In this document: piece after piece, positions 29,843 to 39,537 of the stretch | Position numbering within the stretch: position 1 is the stretch's first letter | Layout: every line of letters begins with the position of its first letter | NCBI GenBank assembly: GCA_039801565.1 | Contig: JBDRUX010000001.1 | Coordinates: forward strand, 62,577-126,576 | Reading direction: 5' to 3' | Origin: a candidate division WOR-3 bacterium | GTDB lineage: Bacteria; Hydrothermota; Tepidihabitantia; Tepidihabitantales; JAOUPE01 | Length of the DNA stretch: 64,000 nucleotides | Program-made: the position numbers and the translations under genes | The notes under the pieces: generated by a model | Databases searched by the model: none | What the model was told of the DNA's origin: nothing | Seen by the model: the letters and a program-made list of their open reading frames with translations, nothing else

Positions 29843-32812
29843 ATGAACCAAAAATTGCTAATTATTATTTTAATAACAAATTTGAATGCGATTCAATTGG
29901 ATGCGAGATTCCTTTCAAAAGCAAATCGAGTTATTGAAAATTTTGACGATGGGCAGATTGAACTTTTATCTTATCCGGGTGAGGATATTCAACCTGATGC
30001 CTGGATTTTGGATTCGACCAATACCTATAATAATTCACTCTATTCGCTCAAATTATACGGCAATACCTGGAAGATTGAGATGATTGATTCGATTGAACTT
30101 GATACTAATGATGTTTGGCAGGTAGCCGGATTTATTGAACAACTTGGCGAAATTCAAGGATTTGGTTTAATGGATTCGGTTAATACTTTATTTTACTCTT
30201 TTGCCGGGACCGAACAGTTAAATGTTCAAAATTGGGTTACCGTTTATCAAGGCGCTTTCCCCTTAAACACCTGGAATATTTACCAACTACCGGTGGGCGA
30301 AGATTGGCTCAACTGGTTTGGTTATCTGCCAATAATTACCGGCATCGTCTTTATCAATGACCGTGACTCTGATACCAGTGCGGTTGCCTATTTTGATGAG
30401 ATAATTGATATTACTGATGACTTACCAATCGCACCAAAAGTTGTGATATGGGATTCGATTGGTGAAATCTTGATAAATCGTCAAGGAGTCAAGAGTGTCA
30501 CTGTTCATTTTTATTCCAAGGTGATTGACCCGGATAGTTATAGCCATCAATATTTCTGGTATTTTGGTGACGATTCGACCAGCAATGATTCCAATCCGAT
30601 TCATACTTACATTATCGAAGATGACCACGAATATACGGTATTATTAGAAGTCTGCGACAGCACTGGATTATGGGGTAGAGCGACTTGTCAGGTTAGGATT
30701 GACCCAGGACCGACCACCTTTCCGATCACGATGAATTTTGTTGGTGATATTATGTTGGCAAGAAGATATGAACTGCCTGGTGGCATCATTGATACGCTTG
30801 GGGTAGAGGGTATTTTTGAACCAACTTTACCATATTTGAACAGCGCCGATATCACTGTAGCCAATCTTGAGTCGCCGCTCACCAACCGAGGAACCCGCCA
30901 TCCAACCAAACCGATTGTATTCCGAGGTAGGCCAAGTAATGTGGCTGGTTTGGTCTATGCTGGGATTGATATTGTCTCATTGGCAAATAACCATATCATT
31001 GATTATGGCTTAGAAGGATTGCAACAGACCCAAAGTGTCTTGGCCGAAAATAATATTTTATATTCTGGTGCTGGAGCAAATTCTTATGAGGCATATCTAC
31101 CTTTATTTAAATTAAAATCCGGGGTCAATATTGGATTTTTAGCCTATAGTGACCGGACTGGTCAATATGATAACTATCAACCCTATTTGAATGCTGGCTT
31201 TAATAAACCAGGCTTTGCCAATCTTGATACCTTTTATCTTGTCCGCAATATCAGTAATATCCGAGAAGATGCGGATTTGATTGTAGTTGAGATGCATTCG
31301 GGCAGTGAGTACTCATTAGTGCCTCAACCATTGAACCCTTTAAGTGATGAATTCTATTCCCCAACATTTTTAATCCCTTGCACCAGTGACATCCGGGTTC
31401 GACGCTTGGCAATTGATGCTGGGGCGGATTTGGTTGTCTGTCATCACCCCCATATCATCCAAGGCTTTGAAGTCTATAACGGTAAATTGATTGCTCACTC
31501 TTTAGGCAATTTCTGCTTTGACTTAGATTATCCCGAGACCTATCCTTCAATGATTCTTTCGGCTAAAATTAATGGAACCGGATTTTATGAATACTCAGTA
31601 ATTCCGGTCTATATTGACGATTATATTCCGGTCCGTGCCCAAGGTGAATTGGGTATTCATATCCTTGACTATCTGGCAAGACGGTCAAAAGAATTAAAGA
31701 CCTATTTGATTGTTGACCGGGATAGTGTTATGGCAAAGATTGTCCTTGACACCTTAACCCTAAACCCAGTTGTCAATTCTTATGACCAAGAATTACAATT
31801 GAAAGAAGAGAATGGGTATTGGGTGTCACAACCAATTAGGCTACCGCGAAATGGCAGTATCGCGAAGATTCTTGCCATTATGCCAGAAAGAGATTGGCAA
31901 TTCCGTTTGGGTAGGGACTTGACTTGGTTTTGGTGCGGAAATTTTGAAGATGAAGGCTCGTCGCTTTGGTTAATTAATCAAACCGATGAGTTTTATGATA
32001 CGGTTGCCTATCAAGGTCAAAGGTCATTATGCCAAAGACGGCAAGCTGGTTCAAATCCAATTGTCACAAACCTTGAAGACCGGATTATCTGTTATTCGGA
32101 TTCTACTGCTTATACGCTTTATGGTAACATCAAGACCCAAAATAGCGACAGTGCTTTGATTCAAGTTCGATTTTATCGGTCAAGGACTTCGGGTTATAAT
32201 GGAGCGGTTAACCTTGATACAACAATAAATGGGACGAACAATTGGGAATTTTATTACAATGAATTTGTTCCAAATACTGAAACCCAATTCTTTGATATTA
32301 TATTACAAAGCAGTGCACCGGATTCGGGTATTGGCTACACTTGGTTTGACAATGTTGGGATAATTGAATGGGAAGCTTGGCAGGAATTTGATAGCACACA
32401 GATATCAACCCCGAACGATTTTTATTGGCTTCAAATTAGAACCGACGAAGCGATTGACAGCGCAAGAATATCCTATCAAGAAATAGATTACAACCCACAG
32501 GTTGAAATTACGGATAATAAAAAGACTAAGATTAGCTTTAAATCGTTACAATGTTTTCCCAATCCATTTAAGAACAAGATAAAGATTAGTTGGCAGATAA
32601 AAGAATTCGGAATTCAAAATTCAAAATTCGAAATTAAAATTTATGACGCAATGGGTAGGTTAGTCTTAAGTCACAAGTTACCAGCTACGGCCAATTATTT
32701 TGTCTGGGATGGCAAAGATAGTTACGGAAAAGAGTTAGGTCCAGGAATCTATTTCTGCCGATTCCAGGCTGGCAACTATCAGCAATCGAGAAAACTTATC
32801 TTACTCAAATAA
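29843..32812 (+). CDS. Secreted CapA/PGA_cap metallophosphatase with PKD domain and T9SS C-terminal domain
   Basis: PKD (YFWYFGD), VGDIML, NLESP, LANNHIIDYG, HHPH, SLGNF; C-terminal FPNPF...WDGKD...GIYF. Confidence 0.88.
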   Translation: MNQKLLIIILITNLNAIQLDARFLSKANRVIENFDDGQIELLSYPGEDIQPDAWILDSTNTYNNSLYSLKLYGNTWKIEMIDSIELDTNDVWQVAGFIEQLGEIQGFGLMDSVNTLFYSFAGTEQLNVQNWVTVYQGAFPLNTWNIYQLPVGEDWLNWFGYLPIITGIVFINDRDSDTSAVAYFDEIIDITDDLPIAPKVVIWDSIGEILINRQGVKSVTVHFYSKVIDPDSYSHQYFWYFGDDSTSNDSNPIHTYIIEDDHEYTVLLEVCDSTGLWGRATCQVRIDPGPTTFPITMNFVGDIMLARRYELPGGIIDTLGVEGIFEPTLPYLNSADITVANLESPLTNRGTRHPTKPIVFRGRPSNVAGLVYAGIDIVSLANNHIIDYGLEGLQQTQSVLAENNILYSGAGANSYEAYLPLFKLKSGVNIGFLAYSDRTGQYDNYQPYLNAGFNKPGFANLDTFYLVRNISNIREDADLIVVEMHSGSEYSLVPQPLNPLSDEFYSPTFLIPCTSDIRVRRLAIDAGADLVVCHHPHIIQGFEVYNGKLIAHSLGNFCFDLDYPETYPSMILSAKINGTGFYEYSVIPVYIDDYIPVRAQGELGIHILDYLARRSKELKTYLIVDRDSVMAKIVLDTLTLNPVVNSYDQELQLKEENGYWVSQPIRLPRNGSIAKILAIMPERDWQFRLGRDLTWFWCGNFEDEGSSLWLINQTDEFYDTVAYQGQRSLCQRRQAGSNPIVTNLEDRIICYSDSTAYTLYGNIKTQNSDSALIQVRFYRSRTSGYNGAVNLDTTINGTNNWEFYYNEFVPNTETQFFDIILQSSAPDSGIGYTWFDNVGIIEWEAWQEFDSTQISTPNDFYWLQIRTDEAIDSARISYQEIDYNPQVEITDNKKTKISFKSLQCFPNPFKNKIKISWQIKEFGIQNSKFEIKIYDAMGRLVLSHKLPATANYFVWDGKDSYGKELGPGIYFCRFQAGNYQQSRKLILLK

Positions 32813-33016
32813 CCAAATTTTCTTCTTTCAGATTTTTCGATTCGAGTTGAACCCCTCTCCACTAATTACCCAATAGCAATGGGCTTTTTCCCAAAAGAAG
32901 TTTGGGTCGTTTTGTTTCTGAAATTTTGCTAATTCTTTTATTTAAGAAATAGGGTTCATTCGTTAATAATCATTTAACCTATTGATTTTTCATATCTAAT
33001 GTTCTCTTGACATATC

Positions 33017-33330
33017 ATAGGGGGCTAGCCCTGGGCTACCTTATGGCTATCTCGTAGGTAGTATAGGGAGCGGTATTCGGGGTAGGTCTCGGGCTTGTCT
33101 CATGGGTAGTCTAGATATTTGGCACAGGGAAAGTGTCGAAGGCGAGTTTGGCGGTTGATTCGGAAGGTGGTTGAGAAGTGGGTTTGTCTCTAGGCAGGTA
33201 TATTGGCGGGAGGACCGGCTTGGAAGGTAGCGGATAGGTTGACTCGTAATCGGAAAGGGAATCTCTAAAAGGTAAACTGATAGGGTTGGAACGAAGCAGG
33301 TCGAAAAAAGAAGCTGGCTAGGGAGCCGCT
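33017..33330 (+). repeat. Dispersed 12-nt-period repeat element, copy C (diverged)
   Basis: ggctagccctgg/gctaccttatgg/ctatctcgtagg/tagtatagggag... 12-nt register. Confidence 0.6.
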
Positions 33331-33479
33331 TGTTACAAAAAGACCGATTAGTTCGAAAAGTACAGATGTCCTGAAAAGTAAGATACCAACAGAACTTTAT
33401 TAGTTTATTACTTCTGTCGAAGAGAATATAATTGGATAATCCTTTGGTAAGAAAGAAAAAATTTTTCCAAAGCACTGAT

Positions 33480-33780
33480 ATGGTTCTTTTACGGTTGGTT
33501 CAATGGCGAGTTGAGTATTTGTAAAAGTTAATCATAATCTTGTAGCAAAAATTCTATTATTTTAAATACTAATAAATAATAGGTTGTTGTTATTGTAATG
33601 TGAATTGTGAATATAATTTAATTATTATAACATCGAATTGTTTAACTGATTGATTTTTAGTGACATACATCTCGACATATTTATTATTAGTACCGGTGGG
33701 GTGGTTTAAGGTAGTGGAAATCTTGTGAATGAACCCAAAAGGAAAGATTTAAACCAGATATCCATAATTTATCCACTGAG
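33480..33780. other. Candidate oriC segment downstream of dnaA
   Basis: AT-rich stretch with DnaA-box-like tgtgaattg, tgtgaatat, tgtgaatga and ttatccact. Confidence 0.45.
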
Positions 33781-35209
33781 TTATCTTTTTGATTTTATCA
33801 TCAAAATCTGGTCTACGGCGCCTTTCTTGTTCGATTTTTTGACAGGCGTGAAGAACTGTAGTATGGTCACGGCCGCCAAAGTAGTCGCCGATGTCTTTAA
33901 GAGTGTAATTGAGAATTTGGCGCATCAAATACATTGCGACCTGCCTTGCTTCGACCTCAACTTTAGTTTTTTGGCGCGTCCTGATTTTACTCGGACTTAT
34001 ATTATATTCATTAGCGGTAGCTTGGACTATTTGGTCGGCGGTAATTTTAACGGTTGGGGGTATAATTGCTTTCAACACTGCCTCTACTTGTCCCTTAGTA
34101 ATTGGTTCGGACCGAATGGAACTCATTGCTATCAGTCGGATTAATACACCTTCTAATAGCCTAATATTGGTAGTTACTCGCGAGGCAATTAGATAAGCTA
34201 TGTCTTGACTTATCGGAAAACCTTCCTCTTCAGCTTTTCTTTTAATTATTGCTATTCTCGTTTCTAACTCCGGCGGTTGAATATCCACAACTAACCCGGC
34301 TTGTAATCTTGAGGCTAACCTTTCTTCGATAGTTGGAATCTCGTAGGGTGGACGGTCTGAAGTGAATGCCACTTGCTTACCAGCTTGATGTAAATAATTA
34401 AACAAATGGAAAATTTCTTCTTGTAACCGTTCCTTACCTTTTAGATAATGAATATCATCAATTAACAATATATCACAGGACCGGTACCGTTGTTTAAAAG
34501 ACAGGGTATTACCTCGGCCAATTGCTTGGATTAATTCGATGAAAAGATTTTCTGCGGGGGTATAGAGTATTTTCAAAAGAGGGTTAATTTTTTTAGCATG
34601 GTTACCTATTGCCTGAAGCAAATGGGTCTTACCTAACCCTACGCCTCCATATATAAACAGGGGATTATAACTTCGTGCCGGAGATTCAGCCACTGCTTTT
34701 GCCGAGGCATACGCTAAGCGGTTGCTTTCACCCACGATAAAATTACTAAATGTATATCGTTCATTAATATTATCCAACCCCTGAACCTTATACTTAAACG
34801 CTTCAATCTCATCTTTAAACTCTTGGGTCACTTCATTAGCTGCCACAAAACAAACCTTTATTGGTTGGTCCGAAACTTTTTTAACAGCAAGCTCAATCAT
34901 TTTTAGATAGTACTGGCTGATCCAATCAATAAAAAAATGGTTTGGGGTTTGCACGGTTAAGATATTATTTTTCATAGAGATGCCTTTAGTGGGTAGTAGC
35001 CAAGTTGTAAAACCTTCCTTGTTGGTCAATTCAGAACTTAATACGTTAAGGACCTTATCCCAGAAAAGACGGGCTATATCGTATTCGGACACTGTCCCGG
35101 ACCCATCATTAACAGAATTAGCTTTAAGCTCCGTACTTGAAAACCCAAATTCGTAACTGGAATTTGGAGTATTTTCCATTTTTCCTGGCTGATTCAAAAT
35201 AGTATCCAT
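33749..35209 (-). CDS. dnaA: Chromosomal replication initiator DnaA
   Basis: YTFSNFIVGESN, YNPLFIYGGVGLGKTHL, LLIDDI, RLASR, GGRDHTTVLHA. Confidence 0.98.
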   Translation of the reverse strand: MDTILNQPGKMENTPNSSYEFGFSSTELKANSVNDGSGTVSEYDIARLFWDKVLNVLSSELTNKEGFTTWLLPTKGISMKNNILTVQTPNHFFIDWISQYYLKMIELAVKKVSDQPIKVCFVAANEVTQEFKDEIEAFKYKVQGLDNINERYTFSNFIVGESNRLAYASAKAVAESPARSYNPLFIYGGVGLGKTHLLQAIGNHAKKINPLLKILYTPAENLFIELIQAIGRGNTLSFKQRYRSCDILLIDDIHYLKGKERLQEEIFHLFNYLHQAGKQVAFTSDRPPYEIPTIEERLASRLQAGLVVDIQPPELETRIAIIKRKAEEEGFPISQDIAYLIASRVTTNIRLLEGVLIRLIAMSSIRSEPITKGQVEAVLKAIIPPTVKITADQIVQATANEYNISPSKIRTRQKTKVEVEARQVAMYLMRQILNYTLKDIGDYFGGRDHTTVLHACQKIEQERRRRPDFDDKIKKITQWINYGYLV

Positions 35210-35281
35210 TTTCTTATCCTTACCACGGGTTGATATTACAAAAATTAATTTTAGAAAAAATCATTGCTCGGCGCACGGACG

Positions 35282-35365
35282 ATATCCACACAGATATCCA
35301 CAAAGTTCGAATATTTAAGTTTCTGATAATTCGAGACTTAATCATCAGAACCAGAAATTTCCACA
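35282..35365. promoter_or_regulatory. DnaA-box-like sites upstream of dnaA
   Basis: ATATCCACA at 35282 and 35294; ATTTCCACA at 35357. Confidence 0.6.
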
Positions 35366-36563
35366 AATCGTTTTTCATTGTCTTTCTTTGTATGATATAA
35401 TATTTAAAAAAAGCTATTAGTCAAGTTACAATATTGAAACTAATTTTTCAATGTTACGCCGGTGGGGTTAAAAATGTCATACCTCTTTGCAATGTTAAAC
35501 AATCCCTAAAGAGGTATTCAAATTTTCTCTTTCTTCTACGGCGCGCGGGGATGGTGTTTTAAGGATAACAATCCTAAATTCGGTTAGTGCCTGACCTATT
35601 TGCGCTGGCTCAGCCTCGGATACTTTTGATAATTAAATCAGTATAAAGGGTCTCGAACGTGCCGTATTTTCTACCGTTTTTAGAGCAAGCGTATTTTCCC
35701 AGTGGTTAAGAAATTCTGGCGACAAGATGTTTTTCGGAGTTGGTCATTAAAGAAGAAGTAAATTTAATTTTTTCATCAATAGCTGGTATCTAATAATGAT
35801 TTTAAGGAAAAACATCTTTCCGAACTAATTTGCCGAATTTTCCAGTTTCAAGTCTTTTTGGGATATCGTTTCTGTTTGATACTTTAGGGTATGAGGATGG
35901 TGGGTAGTGTTTTATGAGAGATGGTGACGGCCTATTTTTAAAAATTAAGCTAAATGGCAATAATTGATTATTGGGTTCGTTCCTTAATTACTTAAATTTC
36001 TTTTCTAATTTCGATGGTGGTTTTATTGCAAAGTGGTTTGTGCGTTTTTAATATCGGTCAATATTGCGCTTCTATTCCTTAGTCGATATGCTGTTTTGCT
36101 GGCTTTTGCATTTACCTTTTAAACAACTTCGTTAACTACCACGAGACAAACCTTAGCGCTCGGTCAGAAATTTTTAATAGCATTCTTAAAATAGTGGCAA
36201 ACCAAGGAACGAAAATTAGAAATTGCCGGTGGGGCGATACTTTAATCCAGCCGGTTTCTTAATCCAGTTTTTAAGAATAAAATTAAGTGGAAAGCCACTC
36301 AAGAGGACATTGCTGAGATAGATTGGCCCTTGTGAGAAATCGAATGATAACTGATTTGTGGTTACAGAAGGTATTATTGGAACTTAAGTTATTAATTTAG
36401 TTAGGGTCATCAATAATACTCCCTGTTTTACATAAGCTTAAAAAATTTAATTATTAAACCATAAGACACAGAATCGAAACGGCAGTTTACTTTTCGGCTA
36501 TTGGTTTTTATGCCCCAGGTGAGCCAAAAGCCAACAAAAATTTTTGACAACAAAGTGAACAAA

Positions 36564-36579
36564 TGTTTCACGTGAAACA
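36564..36579. promoter_or_regulatory. parS: parS site
   Basis: Exact TGTTTCACGTGAAACA inside the longer palindrome aaatgtttcacgtgaaacattt. Confidence 0.93.
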
Positions 36580-36798
36580 TTTAATGAATTAAAGTTAAGA
36601 TTCTTCTGTCTTGTAGTCTTGATATGGGCTTATCTCCAATTTAGTTGGGGATTTTTAGAATAAAGTATTCCGTATCTGAAGTCAATAAACTCGCTGTTTG
36701 ATATACTTATAATTGTTTATCTCTTCTAATCCACTGGGGTTAATTCAGATACTCGCTATCAGCCTGGGCACAATGATACTTAATATTTACGGATCCTA

Positions 36799-37260
36799 TT
36801 AATCCCTCGATTGAAATCCGCTACCACTATTTAATATCTTCTCGCTCCGACCTGCGTCCATCCAAACCACCTGTTCCGTCTTGTAATCTAATACCGCGGT
36901 CAAATACTTATGTCTATGCCAAATCGCAATCTCATCAATAGCCAAAATCCTTAAACCCCTATAGTCCACTTCGCCAAATTCCTCTTGCAATGCCTACTTG
37001 TATCAATCTCTTTCACTGTTTTCCAACTAATCCTAAATGCTCTGCAACCTCTTTAGCGCTCATATGCTTACATAAAGCGGGAATGCACCCGGAGATAAAC
37101 TTTGGAAGTAGCAAGATTCAAATTCCTAATTGCTCGGTTGGTATGAGAATGAATTTCCATCTACCTTGGGCGGATTTCGGACAAAGGGTACAAAGTGGAG
37201 TAAAGCGGCGATCCGAAGTAAAATTGATGATTGCCTTTAAACAATTTTTTCTACTGACTG
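36799..37260 (-). mobile_element. ISL3-family transposase remnant
   Basis: LRILAIDEIAIWHRHKYLTAVLD...VVWMDAGRS; fragmented. Confidence 0.7.
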
Positions 37261-37559
37261 CCCAATAATTTTACGGAGGTAATAAGGGAAGTATGTTTTG
37301 ATATTTGCAACAGGTAATTTGGTTGCCTCACTTTAATTATAGACGCATATTTGTAATCTCAGATAATTACATCACCTTTAATTTCCAACTTTTTGGATAA
37401 TAACCAAATTTATAAGCTCTTCTTAATTAAGTATGAAAACAATGTGTTAGACGAGATGGGTTTTAAAATTTGGGATATTTTCGCCGTAAGTGTTTTTAAT
37501 TTAATTACTTATATATTCTTCAAACTTAACTGCTTGTTCTAACTTCCTTGCGTGCTCCG

Positions 37560-37800
37560 TGAGACGAACTCGCGGATTTTCTCGACAGTAATCAATTGGA
37601 TATAAATAAGTGGCAGCGCGGGAGACGCTTGTAATTGTAGTAATCACTCCAACGTCCCATAGCCGCTAAAGCCTTGTAGCAACTCCCTAAATCTTCTACA
37701 GTTAAACCTTCGTCACAATGAGTCCGATGCAATCTTTCCGATCGACTATTAGACTCAGGATGCGCTACACGAGTCTTAACATCAATTGAGCCTTGAGCCC
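37560..37800 (-). mobile_element. IS3/IS481-type integrase-core remnant
   Basis: TRVAHPESNSRSERLHRTH...WSDYYNYKRL; no intact ORF. Confidence 0.7.
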
Positions 37801-38433
37801 GTTAAGTTAACGTTCCGCCCGCAGCGTCAAGGTGAAATTCCGATGCTCAGGAACCCGACTATAAAATTATTCCATAATATCTACCAAGCAATACCAACGC
37901 GGTAAAATAAAAAAGATACATCAACTTTATATCCAAAACTTAATCCAAGTGGTTTGACTAAAGCAGTCTTACTAAACTTTGCTTTGCGGTCTCTCTTCGG
38001 CATAAGAGGTTATACTCATTTAAAATCCGATAATGTCGAAGATAAACTACATCGTTTTCATCTACCGGCTACTATACCGTCTACTAAGGTCGGTCGTTTA
38101 TTATGACTTGTGGTGTTGGAAAGTATTGGTCGGCTTATTGTTTGTCTCAAAAGCAACAATAAATCCACTCTTATCCGTCGCACAAATTTGAGCATTGCAA
38201 GTCCGTTTTATCATCCTATTACCCATCAATATAAACCGATAATCCTAATCAACTAACAAAACCTGGATCTTCGCCAGCAGTAACTGTTCCTATTCATTCT
38301 TGACCAATTTTCTTTCGCCGCTCTTGAATCTTGCCTACATCCGCAATCCTCTGTTCTGACTTTACCAGCGAAACATCAATCTGAATCTTTATCCTATTTT
38401 AGGAAAGACCTCTGCGGAGATAAGACCAAGAAA

Positions 38434-38718
38434 CTAATTTACAGATTTCTTATATTCGGCAAGCCAAAGCTTTGCCTTACCTTTAAGGACTTTTAAGATT
38501 TTATCGAGGTCTTTTTGCTCAATTAAGATTACGCCGGGTAAAATTCTTTGATGCGGGATTTGGGCTAAAATTCCAGCTCTTGAATACCGGTACTTACCAA
38601 ACTGAGAGAAGTCGGTATAACCATAGAGCTTACGGCGGATTTTTATGGCTTGGGTTGGGGTTAAGTTGCTTTTCATTTTAAAGGCGACAAGCAATAAATT
38701 AGCATTTACTTTTTTCAT
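38434..38718 (-). CDS. Hypothetical small basic protein
   Basis: 94-aa ORF with its own TTGACA-N16-TATACT promoter. Confidence 0.65.
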   Translation of the reverse strand: MKKVNANLLLVAFKMKSNLTPTQAIKIRRKLYGYTDFSQFGKYRYSRAGILAQIPHQRILPGVILIEQKDLDKILKVLKGKAKLWLAEYKKSVN

Positions 38719-38968
38719 ATAAGAAGTATAGTTAACGTTTTTGGTTTGTCAAGGCGGAATTTGAAATCTTGCTTCAAAATTTGTCCTAAATTAGATGAGC
38801 CGGGTTAATGGTTACTACATTTTTGCACAGTCTCGATTAAGACGAGAACTGTCGAACCTTAGAATAGGTGGGAATGATAAAGAGCAAAAATTCAAAACCA
38901 CATTTTTTTTCAGAGTTCTCATATATAAGCATTGACAACGATTTTGCTAAGCGTATAATACCATTACG

Positions 38969-39292
38969 ATGGAAAAAATTAATTTCGATTCCTTAGCCCA
39001 GAGTATCAAAAAACCTTGGTCGCCGATTGAAATTGTCCGGATGAATGGTTATCATTTACTTCTCTCAAGGTTTGAGGGAACTTATCGTTTTCATAAGCAC
39101 GATGCCGAAGAATTATTTTTTGTTTTAAAGGGACAAATTACGATTGAATTAGAAAAAGATGAAAAAGTTAGTTTAAAAGAAGGCGAAGGTTTATTATTAC
39201 CAAAAGGTTTGGCGCATCGTTCAATTGCTTCTGAGCCGGCTTTAGTTATGATGTTTGAACGCACCAATCTCAAGACGATTTTTGTGCCTTAA
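38969..39292 (+). CDS. Cupin domain protein
   Basis: FHKHDAEELFFVLKG...GEGLLLPKGLAH. Confidence 0.88.
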   Translation: MEKINFDSLAQSIKKPWSPIEIVRMNGYHLLLSRFEGTYRFHKHDAEELFFVLKGQITIELEKDEKVSLKEGEGLLLPKGLAHRSIASEPALVMMFERTNLKTIFVP

Positions 39293-39537
39293 TAAAATGA
39301 ATGCACAATTAACGACCGCAAGCAATAAATTTTCCTTGACAAAGTCCTAAACCGAGTTATGATTTTATGTAATTCTAATGGTTGCGAAGCAATGGACTTG
39401 GGGTTTGGCAGCGATTTTACCGAAGGCGATAAAATTTTAGGAATTGCTCTTTTCCTTTATTTTTGTGAACAGACTGATTCGCCACAAACCTAATGGCGAA
39501 TCGGTTAAAACTTGAAAACAAAAAGAAGGAGGAACAA

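Noticed and set aside
33047..33475. 142-aa minus-strand ORF, and ORFs 52221/52225
   Set aside because: They overlap the 12-nt repeat arrays and lack an SD or recognisable family; not called as CDS
36014..36030. Possible sigma54 promoter TGGTGGTTTTATTGCA
   Set aside because: Poor -24 element and no downstream gene or terminator identified
37540..37860. GC-richer stretch considered as tmRNA or RNase P RNA
   Set aside because: Translates on the minus strand as an IS integrase-core fragment; no tRNA-like ends
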